Shown here: positions 36,806 to 49,860 of the stretch, in pieces
How the letters are laid out: each line of letters opens with the position of its first letter
Numbering within the stretch: the stretch's first letter is position 1
NCBI RefSeq assembly: GCF_006345805.1
Contig: NC_043010.1
Location: 36,270,001-36,334,000, forward strand
Direction of reading: 5' to 3'
DNA length: 64,000 nt
From: Octopus sinensis
Taxonomy: Eukaryota
Notes under the pieces: generated by a model
Seen by the model: the letters and a program-made list of their open reading frames with translations, nothing else
Database searches by the model: none
What the model was told of the DNA's origin: nothing
Program-made: the position numbers and the translations under genes

Positions 36806-37512
36806 GGCCAAATAAATATTATGAAGTATTTGAGTTTAACACACTGGTTTATTGACAGTTTCTCACTGATCTGTATATTTTTTGCTGAACCACAACAAAA
36901 GCATGCATGTATGTGTGTGTAAACATGCAAGCTTGCATGTGTACCCTACCACACAGCTTCCATATAGTTTATGTCTATCAAATTTCACTCACAAGGACAA
37001 GGATAAACTCAAATTTATAGTAGAAGATATTGCCTGAAGTGTCATACTACAGGATCAAACCCAGAGCCATATTATTACGGAGTGAACATGCTAGCTCCTT
37101 AGCTGTACATTTATCTTCTTAAAGAAGTCATTTATGAATTAGCACATGGTCAGAAATACACAGGGCAAGTATATAGCTGATTGAATCAAACCGCAGGGTG
37201 TGGCTGGTGTTTTCTTTATGTAATACCATCCTTCAGTTTTTGAGTCCTACCTTGAATGGACAATAAATGACACAAATTGTATGAAGCAAATTAAATAAAA
37301 TGCACGTTTGGAGTGCTTAGCTTAACAAAACTGCAAGAAGTCAACAAGTTTATCAGCTGATTATACTGAAAGATTACTAGATATGTACCTGTGTACTTGC
37401 TTGCATATCTGGATACTGGCACAAAACATAGACATTTGTCTAGAGAAAGCTGCATATGTCTCCTACACTCATATGTATACATTAACCTCATGTACAAAGG
37501 TGGATAGATCCG

Positions 37513-37800
37513 TAGTTAAGGCATTGGGCTTACTATTGTGAGGTTGTGAGTTCAATTCTTGGACTGAACTGTGTGAGCTGGACACTATATTTCACATTGC
37601 TCTGGTTCACTCACCTGCAGAAATGAGTTGCGACATCACTGGTGCCAAGCTGTATTGGCCCCTCTGCCTTTCCCTTGGACAGTATTGGTGGCATGGAAAG
37701 GGGTGACTGGTGTCCACCACAACTGTACCTGAATTTGTGCCTCTGAGGGATACTTTCTAGGTGCAACCTCATGGTCATTCATGACTGAAAGGGATCTTCA
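37513..37800 (+). mobile_element. tRNA/CORE SINE family C
   Basis: gtagttaaggcattggg...gtgagttcaattcttggac...tatttcacattgctctggttcactcacctgcagaaatgagt. Confidence 0.65.
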
Positions 37801-38540
37801 CTTCACTCTTTTATGTATCCCTTACATCCTTTTTCAGTGTACCTTCCTTCTATACCCCTTTTTCTTTTATCACACTGCCAGTGTAATGAGGGGTGGCATC
37901 ACACTGAATCTGTCTATATTTAACTCACCTCTTACCATTACCATGTCTTTATTACTGTGGTGGTGGTGGGAGAGTTCAACCTCTCTTTCGCAATGCCATT
38001 ACTTCCTCTTCTGTAATTCATTATTGACATCCAGTACTCCCCCTCTCTTACCAGTAACCATCTTCATTGCTACCCATCACACACACTCTCTCTCTTATCA
38101 TTTCTCATTTTGTGCTCCCTCTTTTATCACCCTATCTCTCCCTCCTATTACTTTTCCTCTCCTCACCACGCCAGTCATACTGTTTCTATTCGATCTAACT
38201 ATCATCATGTTGCTGTTTACTACTCTCCTTCTCTCCTCTTTGTCACACTCTGGTTCTGCCAAGGACCTGACAAACTCCCTAGTGCCTTTGCCAAAATAAA
38301 AATGCACCAGTACATATATTGTAATGGTGTTTAGCGATAGGAAAGTCAACCAACCATAAAGGAAGGGAGCAGAAAAAGGAAAAACAAACAAACAATAAAG
38401 GGAATGTCTCAGCAAGGCATGGTCCCCAACCTGTCTAAGTGAATAAGAATTGGCCCGTTCCATGATTACCTGTCCAACTTGCCATTGAGGAAAAGTAGGC
38501 ATATGATGTTGATAACTCACATTCACACACACCACACGCG

Positions 38541-38581
<41 letters not shown>

Positions 38582-39689
38582 CAGTAAAATGCATTTGTAG
38601 ATGTACATAACAGACAAATGCAATACTTTTTTTTCACTCTCTCTGGCTCTCTCCCCTTTCTTTCCCTCTCATTCACACATGATATCAATTTGAAATTGTA
38701 TGCCTTAATAAACAAATAACAGGAACTATCTAGGATTCATAAGCCAGACAGCCAAAAAGCCCGTGTTTGGGAGGGTGTGGGGACATTGCACAAACCCAAT
38801 ATTCTCACTGCCAAAACAAAATCAGTTCTGTAGTAAAGTGCAGTGTGCACCAAACTAGCACCAAAACCTGTGGTATTTCAAATGAATGCAGTGTTTAAAA
38901 TAAAACAACCTGTCTGTATGTACAGTCATTGCACCACCAACTGTTTAGAATGCTCACCACTCACTTCACCTGCCTACATCTCTTCTTTCTCTTCCTCTTC
39001 AATATTAGTAAATCGTTTGCTGCATGTTAATTCCACCTGCTGTGTCTGCTCTCTATATCTTGTGTTTCTGTCTATCTTTCTCGTCCAGTACCTGTTTGAC
39101 AGCCTTTCTCTCCTCCTCTTTATTTCTCCAACTCTCTTTTGAATAAAGATATGTATTTAGCCTGGCCAACTCAGACAGGTGACTGAGATTAGTCTACCTC
39201 TGGTCTCGCCATATTACACTTATATAACACTTGCTTACATAAACATCAGCTCATTTCAAAATCTTGTGAATGCCATAGTACCTTCCCAATTGTATTAAAA
39301 AAAAACATAAAAAGACAAGACAAAAGAAACATACAAACAAAATTTCATACTTCATCCGTGCATGTAGAGAGGTCTGTTATTTATAAAATAAAATTAAAAC
39401 ACATACACAAACAAAATCACAGCCACGTAACACAAACCAGTTATATTCAGTCTATAATAAGAAAAAATAATATAATTTTAACATTGGTGACCAATTATTA
39501 AGGCAAACCAGATGACAGAATATCCGGTGCTACAAAGGTCACCAACACACAGGACATTGATTGAGAAGAATAGCCAAGAATAAATTATTTTACTGGTTTT
39601 GAATCATTGGCCTATATCCAAGTTGGGGTACTGCTTTCTTAGGTTTTTTAATGCACTTTGTGTTGTGCAAAAATCTTCCTTGTGTTGTG

Positions 39690-40060
39690 CATAAATCTTT
39701 TACTTGTTTCTATCATTGGATTCTTCTCATACTGGGGCACTGTCTTGAAGGGTTTTCAATCAAACAAATGGACCCTGGTATCTTTTTTTCCCTAAATCTG
39801 ATACTTATTCTCTTGGCCTCTTTTGCTAAGTTATGGGAACACAAACAGTCCAACACCAATTGTCAAGTGGTGGATGCAGGGGGAAGACACATACACAAAC
39901 ACACAAACTTCTCAATAGTGCATAGCTTCTGTCCACCAAATTTCACTTACAAGGTATTTTTCTGTCTATGGTTATGATGGAGATGTTTCTGTAATTTGCT
40001 GGGCATTAGGATTGAACCCAGAACCACATGGTTTTAAAATAAACTTCTTAACCACTCTGT
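39690..40060 (-). mobile_element. SINE family A (degenerate)
   Basis: catactggggcactgtcttgaagg...gctaagttatgggaacacaaac...gattgaacccagaaccacatgg. Confidence 0.7.
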
Positions 40061-40277
40061 ATTTGTACATTTTAATTTATACATGTGAACATTTTTATTG
40101 CTAGAATATTTACATAAGAAATAATCTTTCCTCAAGTAGTCGGGGAAACAGTATTAAAATGTGTTATTGATGCTGAATATTCAATTTTCTGTAGTTTTAC
40201 TTTATTATTTAATCATTTGCTGTCTATTTTCTCCCACATGCAATGCTCTTTCTCAAAGCACATCCAATTCTGTGATA

Positions 40278-40330
<53 letters not shown>

Positions 40331-40349
40331 CTATTATGTGTGTAACAGC

Positions 40350-40520
40350 CACACACTTACAAAGAGATCCTTTCGCCCACTGTAAAAGCTCAACTTCAGT
40401 CTGATTAATTTCATTGCTGCGCAATTTCCTCTTCTTTCTTTCTTACATCCTTGCCTTCAGTGAAAAATAAACTCCACTCTGGTAGAAGAGTGAAGATGAC
40501 TGAATGAGGAAAAAGACATG
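40350..40520 (-). pseudogene. Possible RTE 3' ORF remnant
   Basis: RKKRKLRSNEINQTEVELLQWAKG is loosely similar to KK.E.KL...EM.MLRW..G. Confidence 0.3.
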
Positions 40521-40614
40521 GTCTGCAAGTTTTATCTCTTGATTGAATTGTTAACTTATTTAGCCTCTAAATATTTTACTTGTTTACTCATTGGTCTGTA
40601 AAAAGTCCATTGTG

Positions 40615-40620
40615 TGTGTT

Positions 40621-40663
<43 letters not shown>

Positions 40664-40875
40664 CTTCAGGCTAGTGTTTGTTCCTCATACCATTATTTGC
40701 AAACTGGTGTTGGTTTGTTTTATGTTCCTGTATCTTAGTGGTTTCGCAAAAGAGATTGACAAAATGTGTCAGACTTGGAAAAATAAGTATTGGGGTTGAT
40801 TTGTTCGACTAAATCCTTCAAGGCAGTACTCCAGCTTGTCTACTGTCCAATGTTTGAAACAAGTAAAATATAAAG
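40615..40875 (+). mobile_element. SINE family A 3' half
   Basis: (TG)n linker, then ...ggggttgatttgttcgactaaatccttcaaggcagtactccagc...gaaacaagtaaaa. Confidence 0.7.
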
Positions 40876-41374
40876 CATTATTCCAGGCATGCTTGCACAG
40901 TTGTGATGGCAATTTTTCTTTTTATTTTTTTCTTCCTGTTTTTGTTTTTGGAACAGTTTATTTTTACAACCAGTTGCCCACTAAGTAGGGAAAAAATGGG
41001 CTTTGCTAATGTTTGTCCTCATCTGGCTAAGCTGGAGCAAATAGATAACAAAGTTTATGTATTTCAATAACTTCTTATGCTATGAGAAGATGAGAGTTCT
41101 AACATTTCAAATTGAGTCAATCTGTACTCTAGTTATCTCAGACCTTGGTTTTTATTGGGAGCAAAATAAAATGGCTCAAGTAAGATTGGAACTCACAATC
41201 ATGTAAATCTTGATGAAATGGTGGGGTGGAGTGTGGAGAGAAAGGTCCCTTCAGAGTTGACAGATATTGAGCTTAACTGTAAAAAAGCAGTGTTCCTTTT
41301 CTGCTTACAACTTGGTTGACTTGGTTGGGGTGGGGGTGGGGGAAGCAAAAGCCTAAAATGTCTTTATAATGGAC

Positions 41375-41912
41375 GCATTGATTGTGGCCATTCTGGAGCA
41401 CCACCATAAAAGTGTTTTAATTAAATAAATCGACTCCTAGTACTTATTCTATTGGCCATTTTTTTTTGCCAAACTGTTAAGTTGCATGGATGCAAACACA
41501 CCAACATCGGTTGTCAAGCAGTGATGGACACACACACATGATGGGCTTCTTTCAATTTCTGTCTATCAAATCTAATCACAAGGCTTTGGTCGGCCCCAAG
41601 CTATAGTTGAAAACACTTGCCTTAGGTGCTATGCAGTGGGGCTGAACCTGGAACAATGTGGTTGGGAAGCAAGCTTGTTACCACACAGCTACACCTGCAC
41701 CAAGATATCTATCTGTCTAAATATGCATACATACATACATACCTACATACCTGCCTGCTTGCTTACCTACATCTGTATACACACACATCCACTCACAAGG
41801 CTTTGGTTGGCCAAAGCTATAGTAGAAGACACTTGCCCAAGGTGCCATGCAGTGGGACTGAACCTAGAATGAGGTGGTTGAAAAGCAAACTTCTTACCAC
41901 ACAGCCATGCCT
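41375..41912 (-). mobile_element. SINE family A plus a duplicated 5' half
   Basis: Full copy at ~41375-41700 and a second head-containing half at ~41785-41912. Confidence 0.8.
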
Positions 41913-41929
41913 GTGCCATTTGTTTAATG

Positions 41930-42201
41930 TAGCGATATCCAACCATTTTTGTTTTGCACCACTGGTTTCATGCATGATAATTTTTTCATGGACCAGATCA
42001 CATGCATAACAAAACACAGAGTGCATAACAAAGTGTAATTTGTTATATATATAATACATACCTAATGCAAAAACACTTGGCAGATGGCAAAATTCATTAA
42101 AATAGAAATAAAGTTAAAAAATTTCTTTTTTTCACTATGGCCTAGTACGAAATGATCTATAACCTGGTACTTTTCTGTGGTCCCGTGGCTGGGGACATTC
42201 G
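41930..42201. mobile_element. hAT/Charlie (MER1-like) MITE with 8-bp TSD
   Basis: Ends tagcgatatccaaccatttt ... gtggctggggacattcg; flanks gtttaatg (41922-41929) and gtctaatg (42202-42209). Confidence 0.7.
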
Positions 42202-42694
42202 GTCTAATGCATGAATGAACATGCACACAGTCGGAATTGTTGAACTTATTGGCTAGTTGTCCAGTAGCTTATTAACTCAAGATCATCTGTAGCTCTCCCA
42301 GGTGTGTGTGCGTGTCTATAAAAATATGGCATTTGAAGATGCCCAGGTGGTAAGCAGACTGATTGAACTGTAGGTGTTGATACAAAAAAAAAAAATAATA
42401 AAAATAAGGAAAAAATTTGAATGATGAAGCTTTTCTAGTTGGATCAATACAACTAACCATTGCTCTGGCTGATCTTTCGTGTTGGAAATACAGACATGTA
42501 ATTACGAAATTGACTTGAATTGTTGCCAAAATGACCTAATAATTGTGTCAGTGTATGGGCAAAGGATGGGTGGAGAGGGCTAGCAGAGGAATGAGTGAGT
42601 GAAGAGGTGAGTTTGTGTGAACGAGTGGTGAAGGCAGTGAGGAAAATGGAACAGAATATGTAAGGAAGAAAGAGAAAGAGAATAAGAGCTCTGA

Positions 42695-43050
42695 TAAGAG
42701 GTTTACTTCCTCACCACATGGTTCCAGGTTCAGTGCCACTGTGTGCACTTTCGGCAAGTGTCTTCCACCATAGTCTCAGGCCAACCAAAACCTTGTGAGT
42801 GGATCTGGTAGATGGAAACTGAAAGAAGATGTGTGTGTGTATCTCTGCGTCTGTGTTTGTCCCCCACACTACTTGGTAGCCGGTGTTGTGTGTTTATGTC
42901 CCTGTAACTTAGCGTTTTGGCGAAAGAGACTGATAGAATAAGGGCCAGGATTCAAAAGTAAGTCCTGGAGTTGATGTATTTGGTTAAAATTCTTCAGGGC
43001 AGTGCCCCAGCATGGGCTGCAGTCAAATGGCTGAAACGGATAAAAGATAA
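42695..43050 (+). mobile_element. SINE family A
   Basis: accacatggttccaggttcagtgccactg ... gcagtcaaatggctgaaac. Confidence 0.85.
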
Positions 43051-43281
43051 ACAATCAGGTTCAGAGGAGTGACTGAGAATCTGAGTGTTTTAAATGTGAT
43101 TGAATAAGAGGATGCTTATCATACATATTATGAGAGGGGAACGAACAAGAGGGAGTTAGAACGCTTGTGCATCAATGTGTGTTTGTGTGTCTGTAAGTGA
43201 CAGAGTTTTAGAAATGAAAGAGAGGATATTTGAGAGAGGAAGAAAATGAGTGAAGCAGTGAGAATGAATGAGGAGCGCACA

Positions 43282-43316
<35 letters not shown>

Positions 43317-44319
43317 AGAGGGGGGGTGATAGTGATAATGATGATTTTTGTGTGACTGAGTAAGGAGTGGAGGAAAGTTAGTTCAAACTACTATCCTATC
43401 CCCCTCAAGTACAGTAACTGCACTAACCACCACCCCTTAACGCTGGCACAATTAGTACTATATACCATCACTTTGGCTACAACCATTATCAGCCCGCTCC
43501 CCCCCCCCTCACCATCTCACGTATCTTCTTAACAGCCATCACCTCTGCTGCTATTACGACTATTAGGTTACTCAATCTTGTTTCTCCCTTACCAGCAATG
43601 TGCTTGCCTTGTGAGTGACAGGCAGCAGTGTTGTAAATACTCAAACACCCCCCCCCCCCCCCCCACACACATGAATGATTCACTCAAATTTTTGGATTCC
43701 AGTCTGAGTAAGGATCCACTTCGCTGACTGAGTTGGGATGGGGTCGGGTGGACGGGGTGGAAATCCCCACCCCCATCACCACAACCACCATTATATATCC
43801 TCCTTTTTTCTCTCTCTGATGTAAAGAAGAAAAAAAAAAACTGCAGAAAAAGAACTGATGTCTTTGGAGAAATCCAAACATACTGTTATTGACAGCATGA
43901 CAATCATATTATCGAATATATCGTTGTTGTCATCGTCATCACCAACCACCAACACAACCGCTGGCAGCTGTACCATCCTTTCCACTTACAATTACAGAAC
44001 TAGCAACCTACACAACAACTGCCATCGCTTATTGCATTTACAACCAACATTGACGACTCCGACACCACTGTTGACAGCAGTCCCATTTTTAGTACCAACA
44101 CTTACCGTTCTCTGTAGTACCATTGAGAATAGTACATTCATAGCGTTGGGAGTTGTACCAGTTACACCATCACTGTCATTCAGGTACCACCATTATTTGT
44201 ACAAATACCCACCGTACACAAGTCGTACCATCATACCATTGATATCAATACAATAATACCATTCACTGTACCTTTACTCATTACCACATTACTACTGCCA
44301 TTAGTAGTACCAAGAGTGG

Positions 44320-44552
44320 GTGGCAGGTCAGTAGGATGAATCATGAGATGTATTAGAGAAAACGCCTTGCATTATTATTATTTTTTTTTCCCAGCTCTTT
44401 AGGTTCTGAGTTCAATTCCTGCCAAGGTTAATTTTACTTTTCATTTCTCTGAGGTCAAGAAAATAAAGTATCTGTCAAGTATTTAAGTCAATGGTATTGA
44501 CTGACATCCTCCCTTTATAAATGTTGGCCTTGTGTCTAAATTAGAAATTATT
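44320..44552 (+). mobile_element. SINE family B
   Basis: ttctgagttcaattcctgccaagg...ggccttgtgtctaaattagaaattattatt. Confidence 0.7.
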
Positions 44553-45386
44553 ATTAACACCAACACTACCATCCATGGCAGCACAATGATACCATTCATG
44601 GTGATACAATCATACCATTCAGGACATGACACATACTGTTTGAAACAGTACAATGATACAATTCACAAGATTACAATCATAACTACCTTCCCACTTCTTT
44701 TATTAGTACCAACACTACTACTGACAGTAAATAACAATGCCATTTATACCAGCAAAAGCATGTGGCTTTATTGACCATGCAACCTGTTGGCAGCTGTGTA
44801 GGCTGAGGCGAGGGCAATTTAAATTGTATTTAGAGATGGTTTGAAAAAGATCTAAACTCATGACGTCCATGTAACTTATTATTGTTGTCAGCTAATTAGT
44901 GGGACATGATGCCAATATGACAGGCTGGTGCCCAGATAATGTTTCATTCTCCCTTCCCTGCTTTCTCTCTCTCTCTCTCTCTCTCTCTGTTTTCTTTTTT
45001 TTTTGCCACTTTTCTTTCTACTTCCTGATGATTCTTACTGTTTTCATCCTCCCTCTCTCTCTCTCATACATTTATCAGTGGGAAAATCTGTAAGGCAAAC
45101 CTGTTTCTATTTGTGGAGGTTCAGCTAAAGTAAATTTTATAGTGTTTAGGCTCCTGCACTCATGGCCATGGCTGTTGAGCAAAATATGTTGTTTGACATT
45201 GTTCCAGTTCACTCATCTGTAGATTGGTAACCCTACCTTCAGGAGGATGTTGACCTGTAAGGGTAGCATCATTTGAAAGCTAAAACAATGTGAAGTGTAT
45301 TGTGACCAGTAGTGTAAAAAATTTTATCAGTTGCCAACATATATAAAGATAGACCTATTAATGTGTGGGGGGGGGGGCATTTTTAA

Positions 45387-45845
45387 GGTGCAGGCGTGGC
45401 TGTGTGGTAACAAGCTTGCTTACCAACCACATGGTTCCTGCTTCAGTTCCACTGCGTGGCACCTTGGACAAGTGTCTCCTATGATAGCCTTGTTAGTGGA
45501 TTTGGTAGACGGAAACTGAAAGAAGCCCATTGTGTGTGTGTGTGTATATGTACGTATATATGTATGTATATATATATTATATATATGTGTATATATATAT
45601 GTGTGTGTGTGTATATATATCTATTTATATGTTTGTGTGTCTGTATTTGTTGTCGCCAACCATCGCTTGACAACTGATATTGGTGTATTTTTATGTCCAT
45701 GTAACTTAGCAGTTCAGCAAAAGAGACTGATTGATTAAGTACTAGGCTTACAACAAAAAAAAAAACCTCCTGGGGTCGATTTGTTCAGTTAGAGGTGGTG
45801 CTTCAGCATGGCCGCAGTCAAATAACTGAAACAAGTAAAAGAGTA
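45387..45845 (+). mobile_element. SINE family A with an expanded TA/TG linker
   Basis: ggtgcaggcgtggctgtgtggtaac ... gaaacaagtaaaagag. Confidence 0.9.
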
Positions 45846-46034
45846 ATAGAAATGTGTGTGTGTATTTTTCTGAGGCATTGTGATACTAATAACCAGTTGC
45901 TTTAGAGTAGTAGTGTGTCGGGAGAATACAGAGGGCAATATCAAGAACAGAAGTTATGTAATTATCTTCATTAGTATCATAAACTCCGGTTCCTGTACCA
46001 TTCATTAACTTTGCGTGTGTGTGTGTGTAGTCTG

Positions 46035-46590
46035 GCATTACTGTTGGTTTTGTGTTCTGAGTTTAGATTCTGTTGAGGTTGACTTTGCTGTTCATCCTTT
46101 TGGCGCTGATGAAATAAGTACCTGTTGAACACTGGGGCCAATGAAAATTGACTTACTACTCCCCTTTGCTTGCTGGTCTGTACCAAAATTTGAAATTAGC
46201 CGTCATCATCATCATCATAATAACAATAATAATGGTTTAAAATTTTTCCACAAGGGCAGCTTTTGGAGATAGGGGATGAGTTAATTACATCAACCTCCTT
46301 ATTCTACTGATACTTAATTTATAGACCCTTGAAAAGATGAAAAGCAAAGTTGACCTTGGTGGAATTTGAGTTCAGAATGTAGCGATTGGTGAAATATCAC
46401 TAAACCTGTTGTCCAGTGTGCTAACAAGTCTGCTAGCTTGCTACCTTCAATAATATTAATAGTAATAATGATGATCCTTTCTACTGAAAGCACAAGGCGT
46501 AAAATTTGGGGGAAGGGATTAAGTCGATCACATCACTTCCAGTGTATAACTGGTACTAATTTTATGGATGCCGAAATGATGAAAGGCAAA
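46035..46590. mobile_element. SINE family B cluster: plus copy 46035-46197, minus copy 46233-46447, partial minus copy 46478-46590
   Basis: Family-B blocks in opposite orientations, separated by (CAT)n(AAT)n. Confidence 0.75.
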
Positions 46591-46857
46591 TGTAGTGTAC
46601 CGGCAGTTTTCTTTCCCAATGTGCCAGGGACTGGTAAAATTTCTTAGTAATATTAATCTGTACCGGAAATAATATATATAGATTGAATATAATAAAAGTT
46701 GACAATTTTTTTTGTCTTATATTTATTTTGTAAACAAATAATACAATATTACATAAGCATTTTATGTTTCTTTCTTTCCTGGAAACTCGCCGCGTACCGG
46801 CAGCTGATGGCTCACGGACTGGTGCCAGTCCGTGGACCACCACTTTAAGTGGCACTG
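46590..46857. mobile_element. hAT/Charlie-type MITE fragment
   Basis: Right end gtccgtggaccaccactttaagtggcactg resembles Charlie/MER20-like TIRs. Confidence 0.5.
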
Positions 46858-47379
46858 CTGTACAACACTCATGGAAAAGAATTCAAATGTTGTGTCTTAT
46901 TGTATATGATAGTGTATGAATAAGTATACATGCACACACACACACACACACACACACATGGGAACTGCTCTGTAGATATGAATTTTGCATTGTAATCGTG
47001 TGGTTATGAGTTCTATCTCAATGTGTGGCATGTTGGCCAACTGTTTTCTATAGTAGCCTTGGGCCAACCAATGCTTTATGATTAGAGTGGTAGAAGGAAA
47101 CTGTATGGAAGCCTGGTATGTTTCTTGAAATATCTGGGTAAGTGGAATAAAAAAAGTCGTTCTTTCTTTGCAAAATAAATAAATTTTTGTGTTTGTTGTA
47201 AGAAGGCTATTTAACTGTAAAATAATTCTTCAATAATCATCAAGCCCTTACTAGCATGGGATAAATGGACATAAAATGAATTATTGTATGGGTCTGTGAT
47301 GCTTTCCCTTTATTTCTTTCATCATACCAGAGTTCATTTTTTGCAGTCACTTCACCCTCTTCTACTGACTCTATGGGTG

Positions 47380-47655
47380 GGGTTGAGGGTGGTGACCAAG
47401 AGCAGGTTGAGGGTGGTGACCAGTACTTTGATACAAAGCAATCTCATTAGTGGTGGCACTGTGGTAGAGTGCACCCAATACACTCTGTAAGGTGGTTGGC
47501 ATTAGCGCATTGGGAAGGGCATCCAGCCGTAGAAACCATGCCACAGTAGACAACTGCACTCTGGACAGCTCCCCAGCTGACCAGCTCCTGTCAAACCATC
47601 CAGCCCATGCCAGCATGGAAAACAAGCGTTAAATGATGATGATGATGATGATGAT
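47380..47655 (+). mobile_element. RTE-tailed element 3' portion
   Basis: ggtggttggcattag...gggcatccagccgtagaaacc...cagcccatgccagcatggaaaacaagcgttaaatgatgatgat. Confidence 0.7.
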
Positions 47656-47832
47656 ATGTGTTTGCACATATAATTTTTGTCTGATATGTACATGCATACA
47701 CACGCATACGCACACACGCAATTATGTGTGTGTGTGTGTAGAGAGGGAGTGAGAGAATAAATGAATGAATTTACTTGTCTTCACTCCTTCTTCACACACC
47801 CACATGCATACATTTTTGTATCTCTTCTCTAT

Positions 47833-47867
<35 letters not shown>

Positions 47868-48296
47868 CATTCACTTTCTAAGTATCTTCCCTCCGTTTCT
47901 CAAGTCTCTCCATCTCTACGCCACTTATCTTTGTTCTTCCCAGTACTGCCGCTGCCACTCTGCGTGTCTGTCACCAGACACAGCTCTCTCCTGTCACAGA
48001 AGGAGAGATCCAAGGTCACTGGCAGAAATACTTCATATTAACCTATATGACATTGTCACACTGTGTGTGGTGTGTGTGTGTGTGTTGTGTAATGTATGTA
48101 TATGATGTAATGCATGTGTAATATATGTATGTTGTAAATAGGTGACTAATGTCTGTAATGTATATGATGGAATGTTTAATGCATATAATGTAATGTTTGT
48201 GTATAACAAATGTGATGTGTGCGTGTGTGGTTGCGTGAGAGGTATTTGTTGAATCTATGTGCATGTAATTCAGATATGTAATAAATTTCATTAATC

Positions 48297-48400
<104 letters not shown>

Positions 48401-49347
48401 TGTTGTGTGTCTGTATGTTATGAATGTGTGTGACGTGATGAGCCTGTGAAATGTATGTTATGTTGTTGTTTAAGTCCTGATCGACCCTGACTGAACAGAC
48501 CCGTTATCAGAGGCATTCCGGCCATGGTCACCTCCAATCACACTCTTGGGCATTGTGAACTAGGATTGCTTTATCTGTCTTCTCTTTTTCAAACACAAGG
48601 TGTGATTTACAGGAGATTTGGCTGCTATTTCTAGCAAGTTCAACGATTGTATAGTCTCTTTTATTGTGTATTTGGTGTAAATGTGTGTGAACAATATGTG
48701 TTAGTATACACACACACACACACACATCTTTATCTAAGTCAGCATTGCTGTTCACTTGACACTTGATAAATGGTAAGGTGGATGAAGAATCATGGAAGGT
48801 AGGGACGATGGCTGGTGGGAGTGACCTCGATCTGGTAATTATAGTAGTCATAGTGACGTTGGGGGCAATAGTTACGTTGTTGGTAATCGAGGTAGTTAAG
48901 GTAGTCGTGGTGATGCTGGTTCAGGTGTTAAGAGTAGGTCTGTAATTAAAGTGGTGGTGGATGCTGTGTCGAGTTAGTTGTATTTGCAGTAGTTGTGATT
49001 AAGATAGTTTTGAGGGTGCTTGGTTAAGGTGATGGTGGTACTGGTGGATGTAGTTATGGTGTTGGTGGTTGAGATAGTTGTGGTGATGGTGTTACAGGTC
49101 GAGGTAGCTGTAATGGTACTGGGTGGGATAGTTGCCATTGCTAGTCTTTCATCATCATCATCATTTGAAGCAGTTTTCATTAGTCTTACTCTAATTTTTC
49201 CTCTGGCATCTTCATTAACATTGTCACTATTGCTGCTTGTATTGGCAAAGTAATTAATGTAGCATGAACTAGTGATGATGGCTATGATGATGATGATCAT
49301 ATTACCTTGATGTGTTAATATAAATAAAAGGTGTGTTTGTGTGTGTG

Positions 49348-49386
<39 letters not shown>

Positions 49387-49533
49387 CATAACATAAGGTA
49401 AACGGGGTTACAATTTTTGGACGTTAGATTTCATTTAGTGAACATTAAAAACTCACACGCATATATAGTTTTGTTTTATTGTATATGTAAAGTCTAATGC
49501 ATGTATGCGATAACCAGAATTACATGTACACAC

Positions 49534-49569
<36 letters not shown>

Positions 49570-49589
49570 CTCTCTTTCTCTCTTTTGAA

Positions 49590-49860
49590 ATATTGTAGTG
49601 TGGTATAGTGACATAAAAGTGTGGCACAGCAAGCATTATAGTGTATTTGAAATAGGAGTCTAGTCTAGCTTTAGTGTTTAGAATCACAGTATGGTAAAGC
49701 ATATCCCAGGAGTTGCTCCAGTATCTCCTATAGATTCTACTTTCACTTTCTGTAACCTCTTGATCAGTGATGTACAGCATGATCCATAACAAAGTTTTAG
49801 GTGATCCGTGACTTAGAAGTTTACAATCTAAAGTTAAACCAATTAAAAGTAAATTTACAT
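49590..49860 (-). pseudogene. Possible RTE ORF remnant
   Basis: DQEVTESESRIYRRYWSNSWDML...LNTKARLDSYFKYTIM is loosely similar to the D.EV..RI..W and KGK.YKT motifs. Confidence 0.25.

Noticed and set aside
38533-38582. (CG)n(CA)n Z-DNA-prone runs (also ~4391, 49345, 56316)
   Set aside because: Ordinary microsatellite junctions, common throughout the window.
43858-44256. 132-aa Thr/Pro-rich ORF, and similar Val- or Thr-rich ORFs at 31629-31976 and 48974-49384
   Set aside because: Products of trinucleotide-type low-complexity sequence, with no splice or domain support.
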